NCBI GenBank assembly: GCA_045118435.1 | Contig: JBGUYA010000153.1 | Location: forward strand, 4,391-68,390 | DNA length: 64,000 bases | Source: Quinella sp. | Lineage (GTDB): Bacteria > Bacillota > Negativicutes > Selenomonadales > Selenomonadaceae | Direction of reading: 5' to 3' | In this document: positions 26,343 to 36,700 of the stretch, one piece after another | How the letters are laid out: each line of letters opens with the position of its first letter | Numbering within the stretch: the stretch's first letter is position 1 | Made by a program: the position numbers and the translations under genes | Notes under the pieces: generated by a model | The model's input: the letters and a program-made list of their open reading frames with translations, nothing else | Databases searched by the model: none | Told to the model about the DNA's origin: nothing

Positions 26343-27416
26343 ATGACGAACTTTGATTTCACAGAGCGACTTGCCAAGCTTTACGAGAAACTTTCTGCGG
26401 AAGAAGTCGACGCGCTTTTGATTAGCAAGGCGGTCAATGTCAGCTATTTCAGCGGCTTTCGCGGAGACAGTTCGGCTTTGCTTGTCGGGAAAAATTTTCG
26501 CAAGCTCATAACCGACGGGCGATACACTGAACAGGCGCGGCGCGAGACTAAAAATTTTCAAGTCGTTGAACAAACCGAAGGGCTTTATAAAAAAATCTCG
26601 GAGGAACTCGCGGGTTGTAAGAAGGTTGGCATTGAGGGCTTGGATATGACGGTTGCCAAACGCGATTATCTCGTCAAGGAAATTAAGGGCGTCGAGTTGA
26701 AATCCGTCGAGCTTGATAACCTGCGGCAGGTCAAGGACGCGGCGGAGATTAATTGCATTAAAAAGGCTTGCGAGATTGCCGACCGCGCCTTTGCGAAAAT
26801 TTTGGACTTCATCAAGCCCGAAGTCAGCGAGGTTGAAGTTGCCGCCGAGTTGGAATATTATATGCGCAAGTTTGGTTCCGAACGCGCCGCCTTTGATACG
26901 ATTGTTGCGTCGGGTTGGCGCGGCAGTCTTCCACACGGCACGGCGACCGATAAAAAAATCTGCGCGGGCGAACTCGTGACGATTGACTTTGGCGCGATTT
27001 ACAACGGCTACTGCTCCGACATTACGCGCACGATTTGCGTCGGCAAGGCTTCCGCCGAGCAAAAGAAAATTTATAATGCTGTACTCGCCGCGCAGACTTA
27101 CGGCCTGGAAGTCATCACGGCGGGCAAGAGGGGCAAGGAGATTGATGCGGCTGTCAGAAAAGTTTTGGAGGACGCGAGCTTTGGCAAGTATTTTGTTCAC
27201 GGCTTGGGGCACGGCGTCGGCTTAGAAATTCACGAGGAGCCGCGCCTTTCCAAACTCAGCAAAACGGAAAGTCTCTTGCCCAATATGATTGTCACCGACG
27301 AGCCGGGCGTTTACGTTGAAAATTTCGGCGGCGTCAGGATTGAGGATACAGTTTTGGTGACGAGCGGGGCGGCTCAGCCCTTGACGCGCTCACCAAAAAA
27401 TTTGATTGAGCTATGA
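26343..27416 (+). CDS. M24-family Xaa-Pro aminopeptidase/dipeptidase
   Basis: 357 aa. Creatinase-like N-domain, DFGAIYNGYCSDITRT, HGLGHGVGLEIHE and EPGVY...GGVRIED. Confidence 0.88.
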   Translation: MTNFDFTERLAKLYEKLSAEEVDALLISKAVNVSYFSGFRGDSSALLVGKNFRKLITDGRYTEQARRETKNFQVVEQTEGLYKKISEELAGCKKVGIEGLDMTVAKRDYLVKEIKGVELKSVELDNLRQVKDAAEINCIKKACEIADRAFAKILDFIKPEVSEVEVAAELEYYMRKFGSERAAFDTIVASGWRGSLPHGTATDKKICAGELVTIDFGAIYNGYCSDITRTICVGKASAEQKKIYNAVLAAQTYGLEVITAGKRGKEIDAAVRKVLEDASFGKYFVHGLGHGVGLEIHEEPRLSKLSKTESLLPNMIVTDEPGVYVENFGGVRIEDTVLVTSGAAQPLTRSPKNLIEL

Positions 27417-27423
27417 CAGCTTA

Positions 27424-27511
27424 TAGGTGTTAGGGGTTAGGGGTTAGCTAAAACCTAAAACCTAAAACCTAATACCTAACACCTAACACCTAATACCTAA
27501 AACCTAACCAC
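27424..27511. repeat. Heptamer-repeat quasi-palindrome (TTAGGKN / CCTAANA)
   Basis: TAGGTGTTAGGGGTTAGGGGTTAGC-TAAAACCTAAAACCTAAAACCTAATACCTAACACCTAACACCTAATACCTAAAACCTAACC, between pepP-like and efp. Confidence 0.9.
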
Positions 27512-27533
27512 TAATAAACGGAGGTAGATACCA

Positions 27534-28091
27534 ATGATTTCAAGTACCGATTTCAGGACAGGCTTAACGATTGAGATTGACGGGGCGGCGTGGCAAGTCG
27601 TCGAGTTCCAACACGTCAAGCCCGGCAAAGGCGCGGCGTTCGTCCGCACGAAGATTAAGAACGTCGAGACTGGCGCGGTCGTCGAAAGAACTTTCAACCC
27701 CAACGAGAAAATGCCGCCCGCTCGCCTCGACACCAACAAAATGCAATTCCTCTACGAATCCGACGGGCAATATACCTTCATGGACGTTGAGACTTACGAG
27801 CAAATCGAACTTAACAAAGAGCAACTCGGCACCGCGCTGAATTATCTTATGGAAAATATGGAAGTCAACGTGCAGACGTTTAAGGGGCGCATTATCGGCA
27901 TTAACCTGCCCAACAGCGTCGAGCTTAAAGTTATCGAGTGCGAACCCGCCGTTAAGGGCAACACCGCCACCGGCGCGACTAAAAACGCCACTGTCGAGAC
28001 GGGCTACATTGTCCGCGTGCCGCTGTTCATCAACGAAGGCGACGTTCTCAGAATCGACACGCGCACCGGAAGTTATATCGAACGCGCTTGA
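27534..28091 (+). CDS. efp: Elongation factor P
   Basis: 185 aa. [19 protein letters not shown] (modified Lys context) and three OB-like domains. Confidence 0.97.
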   Translation: MISSTDFRTGLTIEIDGAAWQVVEFQHVKPGKGAAFVRTKIKNVETGAVVERTFNPNEKMPPARLDTNKMQFLYESDGQYTFMDVETYEQIELNKEQLGTALNYLMENMEVNVQTFKGRIIGINLPNSVELKVIECEPAVKGNTATGATKNATVETGYIVRVPLFINEGDVLRIDTRTGSYIERA

Positions 28092-28096
28092 AAGGC

Positions 28097-28129
28097 AATT
28101 AGTAATGCGCAATTCGTAATGTGTAATGA
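28097..28129. repeat. Heptamer repeat (TAATGCG/TAATTCG/TAATGTG units)
   Basis: CAATTAG TAATGCG CAATTCG TAATGTG TAATG, just after the efp stop. Confidence 0.85.
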
Positions 28130-28146
28130 TTTTGACGTTAAAAATT

Positions 28147-28179
28147 ATCTGCTCCTCGCGTTGAAGAGCAGATTTTTTC
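28147..28179 (+). terminator. Rho-independent terminator after efp
   Basis: ATCTGCTC-ctcgcgttgaa-GAGCAGAT perfect 8 bp stem followed by TTTTTTCTT. Confidence 0.75.
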
Positions 28180-28226
28180 TTGCTGTGATATAATTCGCCG
28201 CGTAGAAAATTTTTGGAGGAAAGTTT

Positions 28227-29345
28227 ATGGCAAAGGGAAAAGGACGAATTTATTCACTGGACATGTTGCGAGGGTTCTTCGTGGCGACGATTTTTTTCTT
28301 CGACGCGCCGCCCGATAATATGTACCCGATACTTATGCACTCGCAATGGGAAGGGTTCACGCTCGCGGAATTCGGCTTCCCGCTGTTCGCGTTCATCATG
28401 GGCGTTTCAATGGCAATCTCGCTGTCGCGGCGCAATCCTCCGCTCAAAACTCTTTTGAAACGCGTCGCGATAATTTTTGCACTCGGAATTTTTCTGGGCA
28501 CGTTGCCGCATATTTTTTCCTTAATGTTCGTCGAAGGTTTCACTTGGCAAAATTTTCTTGACCGCGCAATCATACACGGGCGATTGTTCGGCGTCTTTCA
28601 ACGGCTCGCGCTGATTTACCTGTTCGCGGTTTTGCTCGTCAAGGCGATAAAAAACGACTTTAAACTTTTTGGCGCGGCGTTTATCTTGTTGGCGTTGTCG
28701 TCGGCGGGCTATCACCTTTACGCGCCCGAAAATCCCTTTGCGATTGAACATAACATCAGCCGCGCAGTAGATTTTATTTTTCCCGGCGCGAATCATATTT
28801 ACTTGCCCACTCATGACCCCGAAGGGCTTTACGGCTCAATCGCGGGCACGGCGTCGGTGTTGTTTGGATATTTGGCAGGAAAAATTTTAATCGACAATGC
28901 TCAGCTACGCGACAGGATTTTTTTTATGATAGCAGTCGGCGTCGTGCTCTTAATCGCGGGCGGAGTTTGGAGCCGCTTTGATATTATCTGCAAAAATCTT
29001 TGGACGACGCCTTACACGCTGATTAATGCGGGTGTCGACTTCATTTGGCTTGCAATCTTCATGAAAATTTTCGACGCGGGCTTTAAAATGACAAAGATTT
29101 ATGAGTTGATGATTGCGTTCGGGCGCAACCCGCTGTTCTTTTTCTTTACAAACAGCGTTGTCGTTCTGTTCCTGTTTATAATGCCGCTCGGCGACACCAA
29201 CGCTTACTTTTGGCTTTATCGGCACACGACAGCGGGAATTATCTCGCCTGAGTTCGGCGCGACGCTTTTCTGTACGCTGTGGACTTTGCTTTGGTTGCCC
29301 GTCGCCGAAATCTTCCACAGGCTAAACCTCGTGATAAAAATTTAA
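28227..29345 (+). CDS. Polytopic membrane acyltransferase-like protein (HGSNAT/DUF1624/DUF5009-like), paralog 1
   Basis: 372 aa with about 10-11 TM segments. RIYSLDMLRGFFVATIFFFDAPP N-terminal motif and FGVFQRLALIY. Confidence 0.55.
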   Translation: MAKGKGRIYSLDMLRGFFVATIFFFDAPPDNMYPILMHSQWEGFTLAEFGFPLFAFIMGVSMAISLSRRNPPLKTLLKRVAIIFALGIFLGTLPHIFSLMFVEGFTWQNFLDRAIIHGRLFGVFQRLALIYLFAVLLVKAIKNDFKLFGAAFILLALSSAGYHLYAPENPFAIEHNISRAVDFIFPGANHIYLPTHDPEGLYGSIAGTASVLFGYLAGKILIDNAQLRDRIFFMIAVGVVLLIAGGVWSRFDIICKNLWTTPYTLINAGVDFIWLAIFMKIFDAGFKMTKIYELMIAFGRNPLFFFFTNSVVVLFLFIMPLGDTNAYFWLYRHTTAGIISPEFGATLFCTLWTLLWLPVAEIFHRLNLVIKI

Positions 29346-29357
29346 GGGGGAAAATTC

Positions 29358-30467
29358 ATGCAACGAATTTACTCGCTGGACGTCCTGCGCGGGCTGGCGA
29401 TTTTCATAATGATTTTCGTCGACGCGCCGCCCATACTCGAAGAAATTTATCCTATCTTTGTTCACGCGACGTGGGAAGGCTTGACGTTTGCCGACTTGGC
29501 ATTTCCGGGCTTTGTCTTCACAATGGGCATGTCGGCGGCAGTTTCAATGTCAAGGCGCGAACCTTCAACGCAAAAAATTTTAAAGCGGTCGGCAATCCTC
29601 TTTGCAATCGGAATTCTTTTCAACGAGTTGCCGTTTATCTTCGCGTACTTTTTATGGGACGACTTCACGGGCGCGGAGTTTTATGAACAGGCAATCGCTC
29701 ACATAAGAATTTTCGGGATACTTCAGCGGCTCGCGTTGACTTATCTGTTCGCAATGCTTTTGATTCGGGCGATAAAAAATGACGCGGGGATTCTCCTTGC
29801 GTCGTTCGTGCTGTTGATTTTGTCATCGGCGGGCTTTCACATTTACGCGCCCGATAATCCTTTTGCGATTGAACACAACATTAGCCGCGCAGTCGATTTC
29901 ATTTTTCCCGGTGCGAATCACATTTGCGAGCCGACTCACGACCCCGAAGGGCTTTACGGAACTTTCGCAAGCGTCGCCTCAATGCTGTTCGGATTTTTGG
30001 CAGGGAAAGTTTTAATCGACCGAGCCGCTTTGCGCGACAAGCTTTTAATGTTCTGCGCGGCGGGCACGATATTTTTAATCGCGGGCGGCGTCTGGAGTTG
30101 CTTTGACATAATCGCGAAGAGAATTTGGACGGCTCCCTTCGCGCTGATAACGACCGCCATTGAAATTTTTTTCCTGGTTGCGATAATTTATCTTTCCGAA
30201 AAAAATAACCGGCGGCGATTTTTGCAACCGCTCGCCGCAATCGGCTTTAACCCGCTGTTCTTCTTCCTGCTGTCGAATTTTATGTTGCTGTTCTTCAAGA
30301 TATGGCAAGTCGGCGGCACGGGTGTTTATTTCCTTGTTTACGAAAATATTTTCAAGCACTTGTTTAGTCCCGAACTCGGCTCGACAATTTTCTGTTTAAT
30401 CTGGACGCTGAGCTGGTTGCCGCTCGCAACGCTCTTGCACAGGCGCGGTATCGTGATAAAAATTTGA
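29358..30467 (+). CDS. Polytopic membrane acyltransferase-like protein (HGSNAT/DUF1624/DUF5009-like), paralog 2
   Basis: 369 aa, collinear with the upstream paralog (RIYSLDVLRGLAIFIMIFVDAPP, FGILQRLALTY, IEHNISRAVDFIFPGANHI). Confidence 0.55.
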   Translation: MQRIYSLDVLRGLAIFIMIFVDAPPILEEIYPIFVHATWEGLTFADLAFPGFVFTMGMSAAVSMSRREPSTQKILKRSAILFAIGILFNELPFIFAYFLWDDFTGAEFYEQAIAHIRIFGILQRLALTYLFAMLLIRAIKNDAGILLASFVLLILSSAGFHIYAPDNPFAIEHNISRAVDFIFPGANHICEPTHDPEGLYGTFASVASMLFGFLAGKVLIDRAALRDKLLMFCAAGTIFLIAGGVWSCFDIIAKRIWTAPFALITTAIEIFFLVAIIYLSEKNNRRRFLQPLAAIGFNPLFFFLLSNFMLLFFKIWQVGGTGVYFLVYENIFKHLFSPELGSTIFCLIWTLSWLPLATLLHRRGIVIKI

Positions 30468-30601
30468 GCGCGACTTTTTCATAGTAAAAATCATGAAATC
30501 GACTCCTTTGAAACTTTATCGGCGAGCAAAAAAATTTTCTTAAAGTAGATTAGCGGCGGCGTTTGGTGTATAATCGCTTAAAAAATTTTTGAGGAATTGC
30601 T

Positions 30602-31834
30602 ATGACTGAACTTGATTTTGCAAAAAAAATCGGCGAGGCGGACGGCAAGGCTTATCTTGTCGGCGGAGCGGTTCGCGATAAATTTCGCGGCGTCGCGGCT
30701 CACGACAGAGATTATTGCGTCACAGGTCTCGACGAAAAAACTTTCAAGGAAATTTTTCCGGACGCGCCGAAGTTCGGCAAGAGTTTCCCCGTTTACTCCA
30801 TTGATATTGACGACGCGCAATGCGAGGTTGCTTTTGCCCGCACGGAAATAAAAGTTGGCACGGGCTATCGCGGCTTTGAAATTTTGTTTTCGCCAAGTGT
30901 GACGATTGAGCAGGATTTGTATCGGCGCGACACTACGATTAATGCAATGGCGATTGAACTTTTGAGCGGAGAGCTTGTTGACCCGTTCGGCGGGCGCGAG
31001 GACGTGCTTAATAAAAAAATCCGCGCAGTATCCGAACATTTTACGGACGATCCTGTCAGGGCATTGCGGGCGGCGAGGCAAGCGGCGCAATTCAACTTTG
31101 AAATTTGCGCGGAAACGATCGCGGCAATGAAACTTTGTGGCGAGGAATTGGCTCACGAGCCGACGGAAAGAATTTTTGGCGAACTGGAGACCGCGCTAAA
31201 AACCGACAAACCGTCAATCTTTTTCAGGAGTTTGGAGCTGGCGGAGCTATTGCAATTAACCTTCCCCGAAATTTTTAATCTGCGCGGGAAAATTCAACCG
31301 AGCGAGTTTCACCCCGAAGGCGACGCCTACGAACATACAATGCAAATTTTGGACGAGGTGGCGAAAATAAATCCCAAGCCGATTGTTCGATTTGCAGCTT
31401 TGGTTCACGACATTGGCAAGGGTAAGACGCCGCACGAAATGTTACCGCATCACTATCTGCACGAGAAGCGTGGGCTTGAAGTTTTAAATGAAATGAATCG
31501 CCGCATGACCATTCCGAGCGATTGGAAAAAAGTTGCGGCGTTCGTGATACGTGAACACATGAGGGCACCGCGTCTTGAGAAGGCTGGGAAAGTCGTCGAC
31601 CTGCTTTTAAGTCTTAACGCCTTGAAAATCACCGCGAACGATTTTTGCGACATAATCAACTTAGACAATCACGGCTTGCCGCCTTACCTAGAACACGCGC
31701 AGGAGATTATCGATGAGCTTTTGAAAATCGGTGGGAAGGACGCGCCGCCCGAACTTGAGGGCGCGGCAGTTGGAAAGTGGATTCATGACGAGCGCATTCG
31801 TCTTTTCGTTAAAATTTATGGGAAGGATTGGTAA
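30602..31834 (+). CDS. cca: CCA-adding tRNA nucleotidyltransferase with HD domain
   Basis: 410 aa. YLVGGAVRD...DRDY, RRDTTINAMA, and HD motif HDIGK. Confidence 0.85.
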   Translation: MTELDFAKKIGEADGKAYLVGGAVRDKFRGVAAHDRDYCVTGLDEKTFKEIFPDAPKFGKSFPVYSIDIDDAQCEVAFARTEIKVGTGYRGFEILFSPSVTIEQDLYRRDTTINAMAIELLSGELVDPFGGREDVLNKKIRAVSEHFTDDPVRALRAARQAAQFNFEICAETIAAMKLCGEELAHEPTERIFGELETALKTDKPSIFFRSLELAELLQLTFPEIFNLRGKIQPSEFHPEGDAYEHTMQILDEVAKINPKPIVRFAALVHDIGKGKTPHEMLPHHYLHEKRGLEVLNEMNRRMTIPSDWKKVAAFVIREHMRAPRLEKAGKVVDLLLSLNALKITANDFCDIINLDNHGLPPYLEHAQEIIDELLKIGGKDAPPELEGAAVGKWIHDERIRLFVKIYGKDW

Positions 31835-31835
31835 A

Positions 31836-32375
31836 ATGGAAGCGATAATTCTGCCGTACAAGGGCAAGGAGCCGAAGATTGCAAAGGACGTATTTGTTGC
31901 GCCGAGTTCGTCGATTGTCGGCGATGTTGAAATTGGCGCAGGGTCGAGCATTTGGTTTGGCGTGACGGTTCGCGGAGATTTTCAGCCCGTGAAAATCGGC
32001 AACTACACCAACATTCAAGACAACTGCACGGTGCACGTTATGGGCGACTCGCCGACGGAGATTGGCAACTACGTGACGATTGGGCACAACGCGATTATTC
32101 ATTGCCGCAAAATCGGCAACGACTGCTTGATTGGTATGGGGTCGATAATCTTGGGCTACTCGGAAATTGGCGACAACTGCATTATCGGCGCGGGCACGGT
32201 CATTACGCAGTACAAGAAAATTCCGAACAACTCGCTTGTCTTCGGCAATCCCGCTAAGATTATGCGTGCCCTTCGCGAAGACGAAATTGTCGCGCTGAGA
32301 ACTTCCGCCATGCACTATTACGAGTGCGCCAAAGAATACGTCGTTCATCTTGGTATGACTGCTTGGCGGGATTAG
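31836..32375 (+). CDS. Left-handed beta-helix protein, gamma-carbonic-anhydrase-like / transferase hexapeptide family
   Basis: I trimmed ORF 31731..32375 to the ATG at 31836. PKIAKDVFVAPSSSIVGDVEIGAGSSIWFGVTVRGD and hexapeptide repeats. Confidence 0.8.
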   Translation: MEAIILPYKGKEPKIAKDVFVAPSSSIVGDVEIGAGSSIWFGVTVRGDFQPVKIGNYTNIQDNCTVHVMGDSPTEIGNYVTIGHNAIIHCRKIGNDCLIGMGSIILGYSEIGDNCIIGAGTVITQYKKIPNNSLVFGNPAKIMRALREDEIVALRTSAMHYYECAKEYVVHLGMTAWRD

Positions 32376-32470
32376 CCCCCCTTTTGTCAAAGCGTGGGCA
32401 CGCGGAACCGACTGCGGAGTTGACGGCTTGTCTCGCTGTTTTGTTTTTGAAAATATTTTTTTGTATTGAA

Positions 32471-32590
32471 CATACTTTTCTTTGCTACGCCCAAAGAAAA
32501 GTATGCAAAAGAAAGGGCGTCAGCCCCGCTGATTTCGCATCACGCGAAATAGCGCGGGCGACCGCACGTCCTGTGCGACCGGGTTGCGAC
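32471..32590 (+). repeat. Copy B of the three-copy structured intergenic element
   Basis: CATACTTTTCTTTG-ctacgcc-CAAAGAAAAGTATG, CAAAAGAAAG, GGGCGT. Then ATTTCGC-atcac-GCGAAAT hairpin and GCACGTCCTGTGCG block, the latter shared with copy C. Confidence 0.7.
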
Positions 32591-32703
32591 TACCCGCTAC
32601 GTTTCAAAATTTTTGGACGGCTAATAAAATCGGTGGGCACAAAGCTTGCCGTTTTTTTTTGCTTAGGATACAATGATAAAAAATTTTTGGCGGTGAGTTT
32701 CGT

Positions 32704-33753
32704 TTGAAGAAAAAAGTTTTGTCGGCAATCGTCGCGGCGAGTTTGTTGCTCGTCGGTTGCAAGGAAGAAGTTGCTGTTCAAAAACCGCCGCTCGTCAAAG
32801 TTCAGCAGATAAAACTTTCCAACGCCGCGCAGGAAGAAAATTATTCGGGCGTCGTCAAAGGTCGCTACGAAACTAATCTGTCTTTCCAAGTCGGCGGCAA
32901 GATTATTTCTCGCGACGTGCAAGCTGGTTCTGTTGTTCGTGGCGAAGAAGTTTTGATGACGCTTGACCCGAAAGACATTGCCGAACAATTCCGCAGTGCC
33001 GACGCGCAAGTTGTCTCGGCTCGCGCTCAGCTCGAACTCGCCAAATCTAATCTCGACCGCTACACCGAACTTTTTAAATCGGAGGCGATTGCCGCCGTTG
33101 TTCTCGACCAATATCAAGCTCAGTTCGACGCCGCGCAAGCCGCCTATGATTCCGCAGTCGCTCAAGCCCGCCAAACTCAAAACGCCCTCGAATACACGAC
33201 GCTAACCGCCAACGCCGACGGAGTTATCTCGGAAGTCGCGGCGGAAGTCGGGCAAGTCGTTGCGGCGGGTCAAACCGTTTTAAAGCTCGTGCAGACCAAT
33301 GAACTTGAAGTTGTCGTTGACATTCCCGAAAACAAAATTTCCACCGTGCAAATCGGTCAGCGCGTCTCGATAAATTTTTGGGCGACAAATGAAACTGTCG
33401 GCGGCTCCGTTCGCGAGATTGCTCCTATGGCTGATTCTGCCTCACGGACTTTTACCGTGAAAATTTCTCTGCCCGACGTTCGCAACGTTCAGCTCGGCAT
33501 GACGGCAAATGTCTTGATGGCTTCCGCGACTTCGACGAACGCAATTATCCTGCCCTTGAGTGCGATTTATCAGACGGGCGACGCCGCGCAGGTTTGGCTT
33601 GTCGAAGATAATAAGGTCGTTTTGAAAAAGGTTGAAGTCACTGCCTTTGACGATAACGCTGTTCAAGTTCGCGGATTAAATGCGGGCGATATTGTCGTTG
33701 TGGCGGGCGTTCACAAACTACGCGACGGGCAAGCGGTAAGGACGGGTGATTGA
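32704..33753 (+). CDS. RND efflux periplasmic adaptor (membrane fusion protein), lipoprotein
   Basis: 349 aa with a TTG start. Lipobox LLLVGC, coiled-coil hairpin (AQLELAKSNLDRYTELF) and beta-barrel domains. Confidence 0.88.
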   Translation: MKKKVLSAIVAASLLLVGCKEEVAVQKPPLVKVQQIKLSNAAQEENYSGVVKGRYETNLSFQVGGKIISRDVQAGSVVRGEEVLMTLDPKDIAEQFRSADAQVVSARAQLELAKSNLDRYTELFKSEAIAAVVLDQYQAQFDAAQAAYDSAVAQARQTQNALEYTTLTANADGVISEVAAEVGQVVAAGQTVLKLVQTNELEVVVDIPENKISTVQIGQRVSINFWATNETVGGSVREIAPMADSASRTFTVKISLPDVRNVQLGMTANVLMASATSTNAIILPLSAIYQTGDAAQVWLVEDNKVVLKKVEVTAFDDNAVQVRGLNAGDIVVVAGVHKLRDGQAVRTGD

Positions 33754-36700
33754 CTTGCGCAACTTAACGGAGCTGTCACTCAAAAATAAAAATCTCGTGT
33801 GGTATTTTATCGTCGTGGCGTTCGTGGGCGGAATTTTTTCGTACTTCGCACTTGGGCGCATGGAAGATCCAAAATTCGTCGTGCGCGAAATGCTGGTGGC
33901 GGCGTATTGGCAGGGCGCGACCGCTTACGAAATGCAGGAGCAAGTTACTGACAAGCTCGAAAAAAAGCTGCAGGACATTCCCAATCTTGACTACTTGGAC
34001 AGCAAGACGCGACCCGGCTCAACGATGATTTATGTTCGGCTCAATGAAGAACCTGCAACCGAACAAATCCGCCCGACTTGGCGCGACGTTAGAAACTACT
34101 GCGCGGATATTCAAAGCGAGTTGCCGGAAGGAGTCGTCGGTCCTTTCTTCAATGACACCTACGACGAAGTTTTTGGCTCAATCTACGCGCTGACGGGTGA
34201 CGGCTTTAATTATGAGGAACTCCGCCGCTACTCTGAAGAAATTCGCCGCTTGCTACTCGGCATTGACGACGTTAAAAAAGTTGAACTCGTAGGCGTGCAG
34301 GAGGAAGTTGTTTACGTCGAGATTGAGCACGTCAAACTTTCCGAGTTGGGAATCAGCCCGCAAGTCATTTCCGAGACGCTCGCCGCGCAGAACGCAATGA
34401 CGCCCGCCGGTATGGTTGAAACTTCAAGCGACAATGTTTATTTGCGCGTGACGGGGATTTTTGACGACGTTGACGAAATAGAGAGCTTGCCGATAAACGC
34501 GGCGGGCAGGATTTTCCGACTCGGCGACATTGCCAAAGTTGAGCGGCGATTCGTCGACCCGCCCGCGCCCAAAATGTTTTTCAACGGCGAACCGGCGATT
34601 GGAATTGCCGTTGCAATGGAGGACGGCGGAAATATTTTAAAGCTCGGCGAAGAACTGCGCGGCATGACGGAAAAAATACAGCAGGAATTGCCGCTTGGCT
34701 TGGAACTTCATCAAGTATCCGACCAACCGCAAGTCGTTAAAGAATCAATCGGCGTGTTCGTCGAAACTTTAATCTTGGCAATCGTAATCGTGCTTGCTGT
34801 GAGTTTCGCAAGCTTGGGCGTGCGGACGGGGCTTGTCGTGGCGGGCTGTATACCGCTCGTGTTGGCGGGGACGTTTTGTTTCATGTACGCGCTGGGGATT
34901 GACCTGCACAAAGTTTCACTCGGCTCGCTGATAATCGCGCTGGGCTTGCTCGTCGACGACGCGATAATTGCGGTGGAAATGATGAGCGTACAACTTGAGC
35001 GCGGGCTTAGTCGATTTGACGCGGCGTGTCATGCGTTCAACGTCACGGCAAAGCCAATGCTGACGGGCACGCTGATAACCTGCGCGGGCTTTATTCCGGT
35101 TGCGTTTGCAAAGGGCGTGGCGAGCGAATTTTGCCGCGACATGTTTTGGGTCGTGTGCATCGCGTTGTTGTTGAGTTGGATAGTTTCAGTCATGGTTGCG
35201 CCGCTGTTCGGGACGTATATAATCCGCGTCGAGAAAAAACCGGAGGGCGAGCTTTACGACAGCCGCTTTTATAAAATTTTTCGGCGCGTGTTGGAAATTT
35301 TCTTGGACAATAAAATCTTGGTGTTGAGCGGGACAATCTGCGCTTTCGCTGTAACAATCTTTGCGTCGGACTTTGTTCAAGAAGAATTTTTCCCGCCGTC
35401 GACGCGCCCCGAAATCTTAATCAATTTGAACTTGCCCGAAGGCTCCTCAATGGCGGCGACGCAAGCGGAGGCTGACCGCTTTGCAAAGTTCCTTAACACG
35501 GAGCGCGACAACTTGAATAATTTTGCTTACTACGTCGGGACAGATACGCCGCGTTTCGTCTTGACGATTAATCCAAAAATTGAGGCTGACAATGCGGCGA
35601 AGTTCGTCATCACTGCCAAAGACGACAACCGCGACGAGTTGATAGAAAAGATTCGCCGCGAGCTTGAAGAAAATTTTCCGCTCGTTCGCGCGAATATCCA
35701 ACTAATTCAGACGGGACCGCCCGCCGATTATCCGATTATGCTCCGCGTCGCCGGCACAGATATTGAAAAAGTTCACGCGCTCACCGCGCAGGTTGCCGAC
35801 CTTATCGCGCAAGATTCAAACGTCGTCGACATCAATTTTGACTGGAACGAGAAATCTAAAGTCGTTAAAATTGAGCTTGACCAAGATAAACTTCGCGCGC
35901 TCGGCGTCTCAAGTCAAGCCGTCAAGTCGATGCTCTACGCCGAGATAACCGGCGCGAAAGTCTCCGAATTCTACACGGGAGACAGGACAATTGACATTGA
36001 TTTAAGATTGGCGGCGGCGGACAGAAATAATCTTGCCGCGCTGAAAAATTTGCCGATATATCTTGGCGAGGCGGGCTACGTTCCGCTTGAGCAGATTGCC
36101 AAAATTTCCTTCGACGCTGAATATGGCTTAATCAATCGCCGCAACCTCAAGCCGACGATCACAGTGCAGGCAGATATTTTATCGGGCACAGCGAACGACG
36201 AGGCACAAAAAGCCTTCGACGCAACGGAGGACTTGCGCAAAAATTTACCGCTCGGCTATTCAATCGAACCGGGCGGCGACCTTGAGCAGGGTGACAAATC
36301 GACGAATCATTTATTGGCGATGTTGCCGCTCGTCGTTTTTATAATTATGACGTTGTTAATGTTCCAACTGCACGACGCAAAGGCAATGTTCCTGACGCTG
36401 TTGACCGCGCCGCTCGGCTTAATCGGCGTAATCTTCGCGCTGATAATTTTGTCAAAGCCGCTGGGGTTCGTCGCCGAACTCGGCGTAATCGCGTTGTCAG
36501 GCATGATAATTCGCAACTCGGTAATCCTAATCGACCAGATTCAACAGCACGAGGCGGCGGGCGAAAGTCTTCACGACGCAATAATCGATTCAGCAGTTTT
36601 AAGATTCCGCCCAATCATGCTGACGGCGGCGGCGGCAGTTCTCGGCATGTTGCCTTTGATGATGAGCATATTCTGGGCACCTATGGCGGTTGCGATAGCG

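Noticed and set aside
26334-32390. Long antisense ORFs (26334-27212, 27564-28112, 30578-31156, 31809-32390)
   Set aside because: Each lies opposite a confidently identified gene (pepP-like, efp, cca, LbH protein) and has no motifs or ribosome-binding site.
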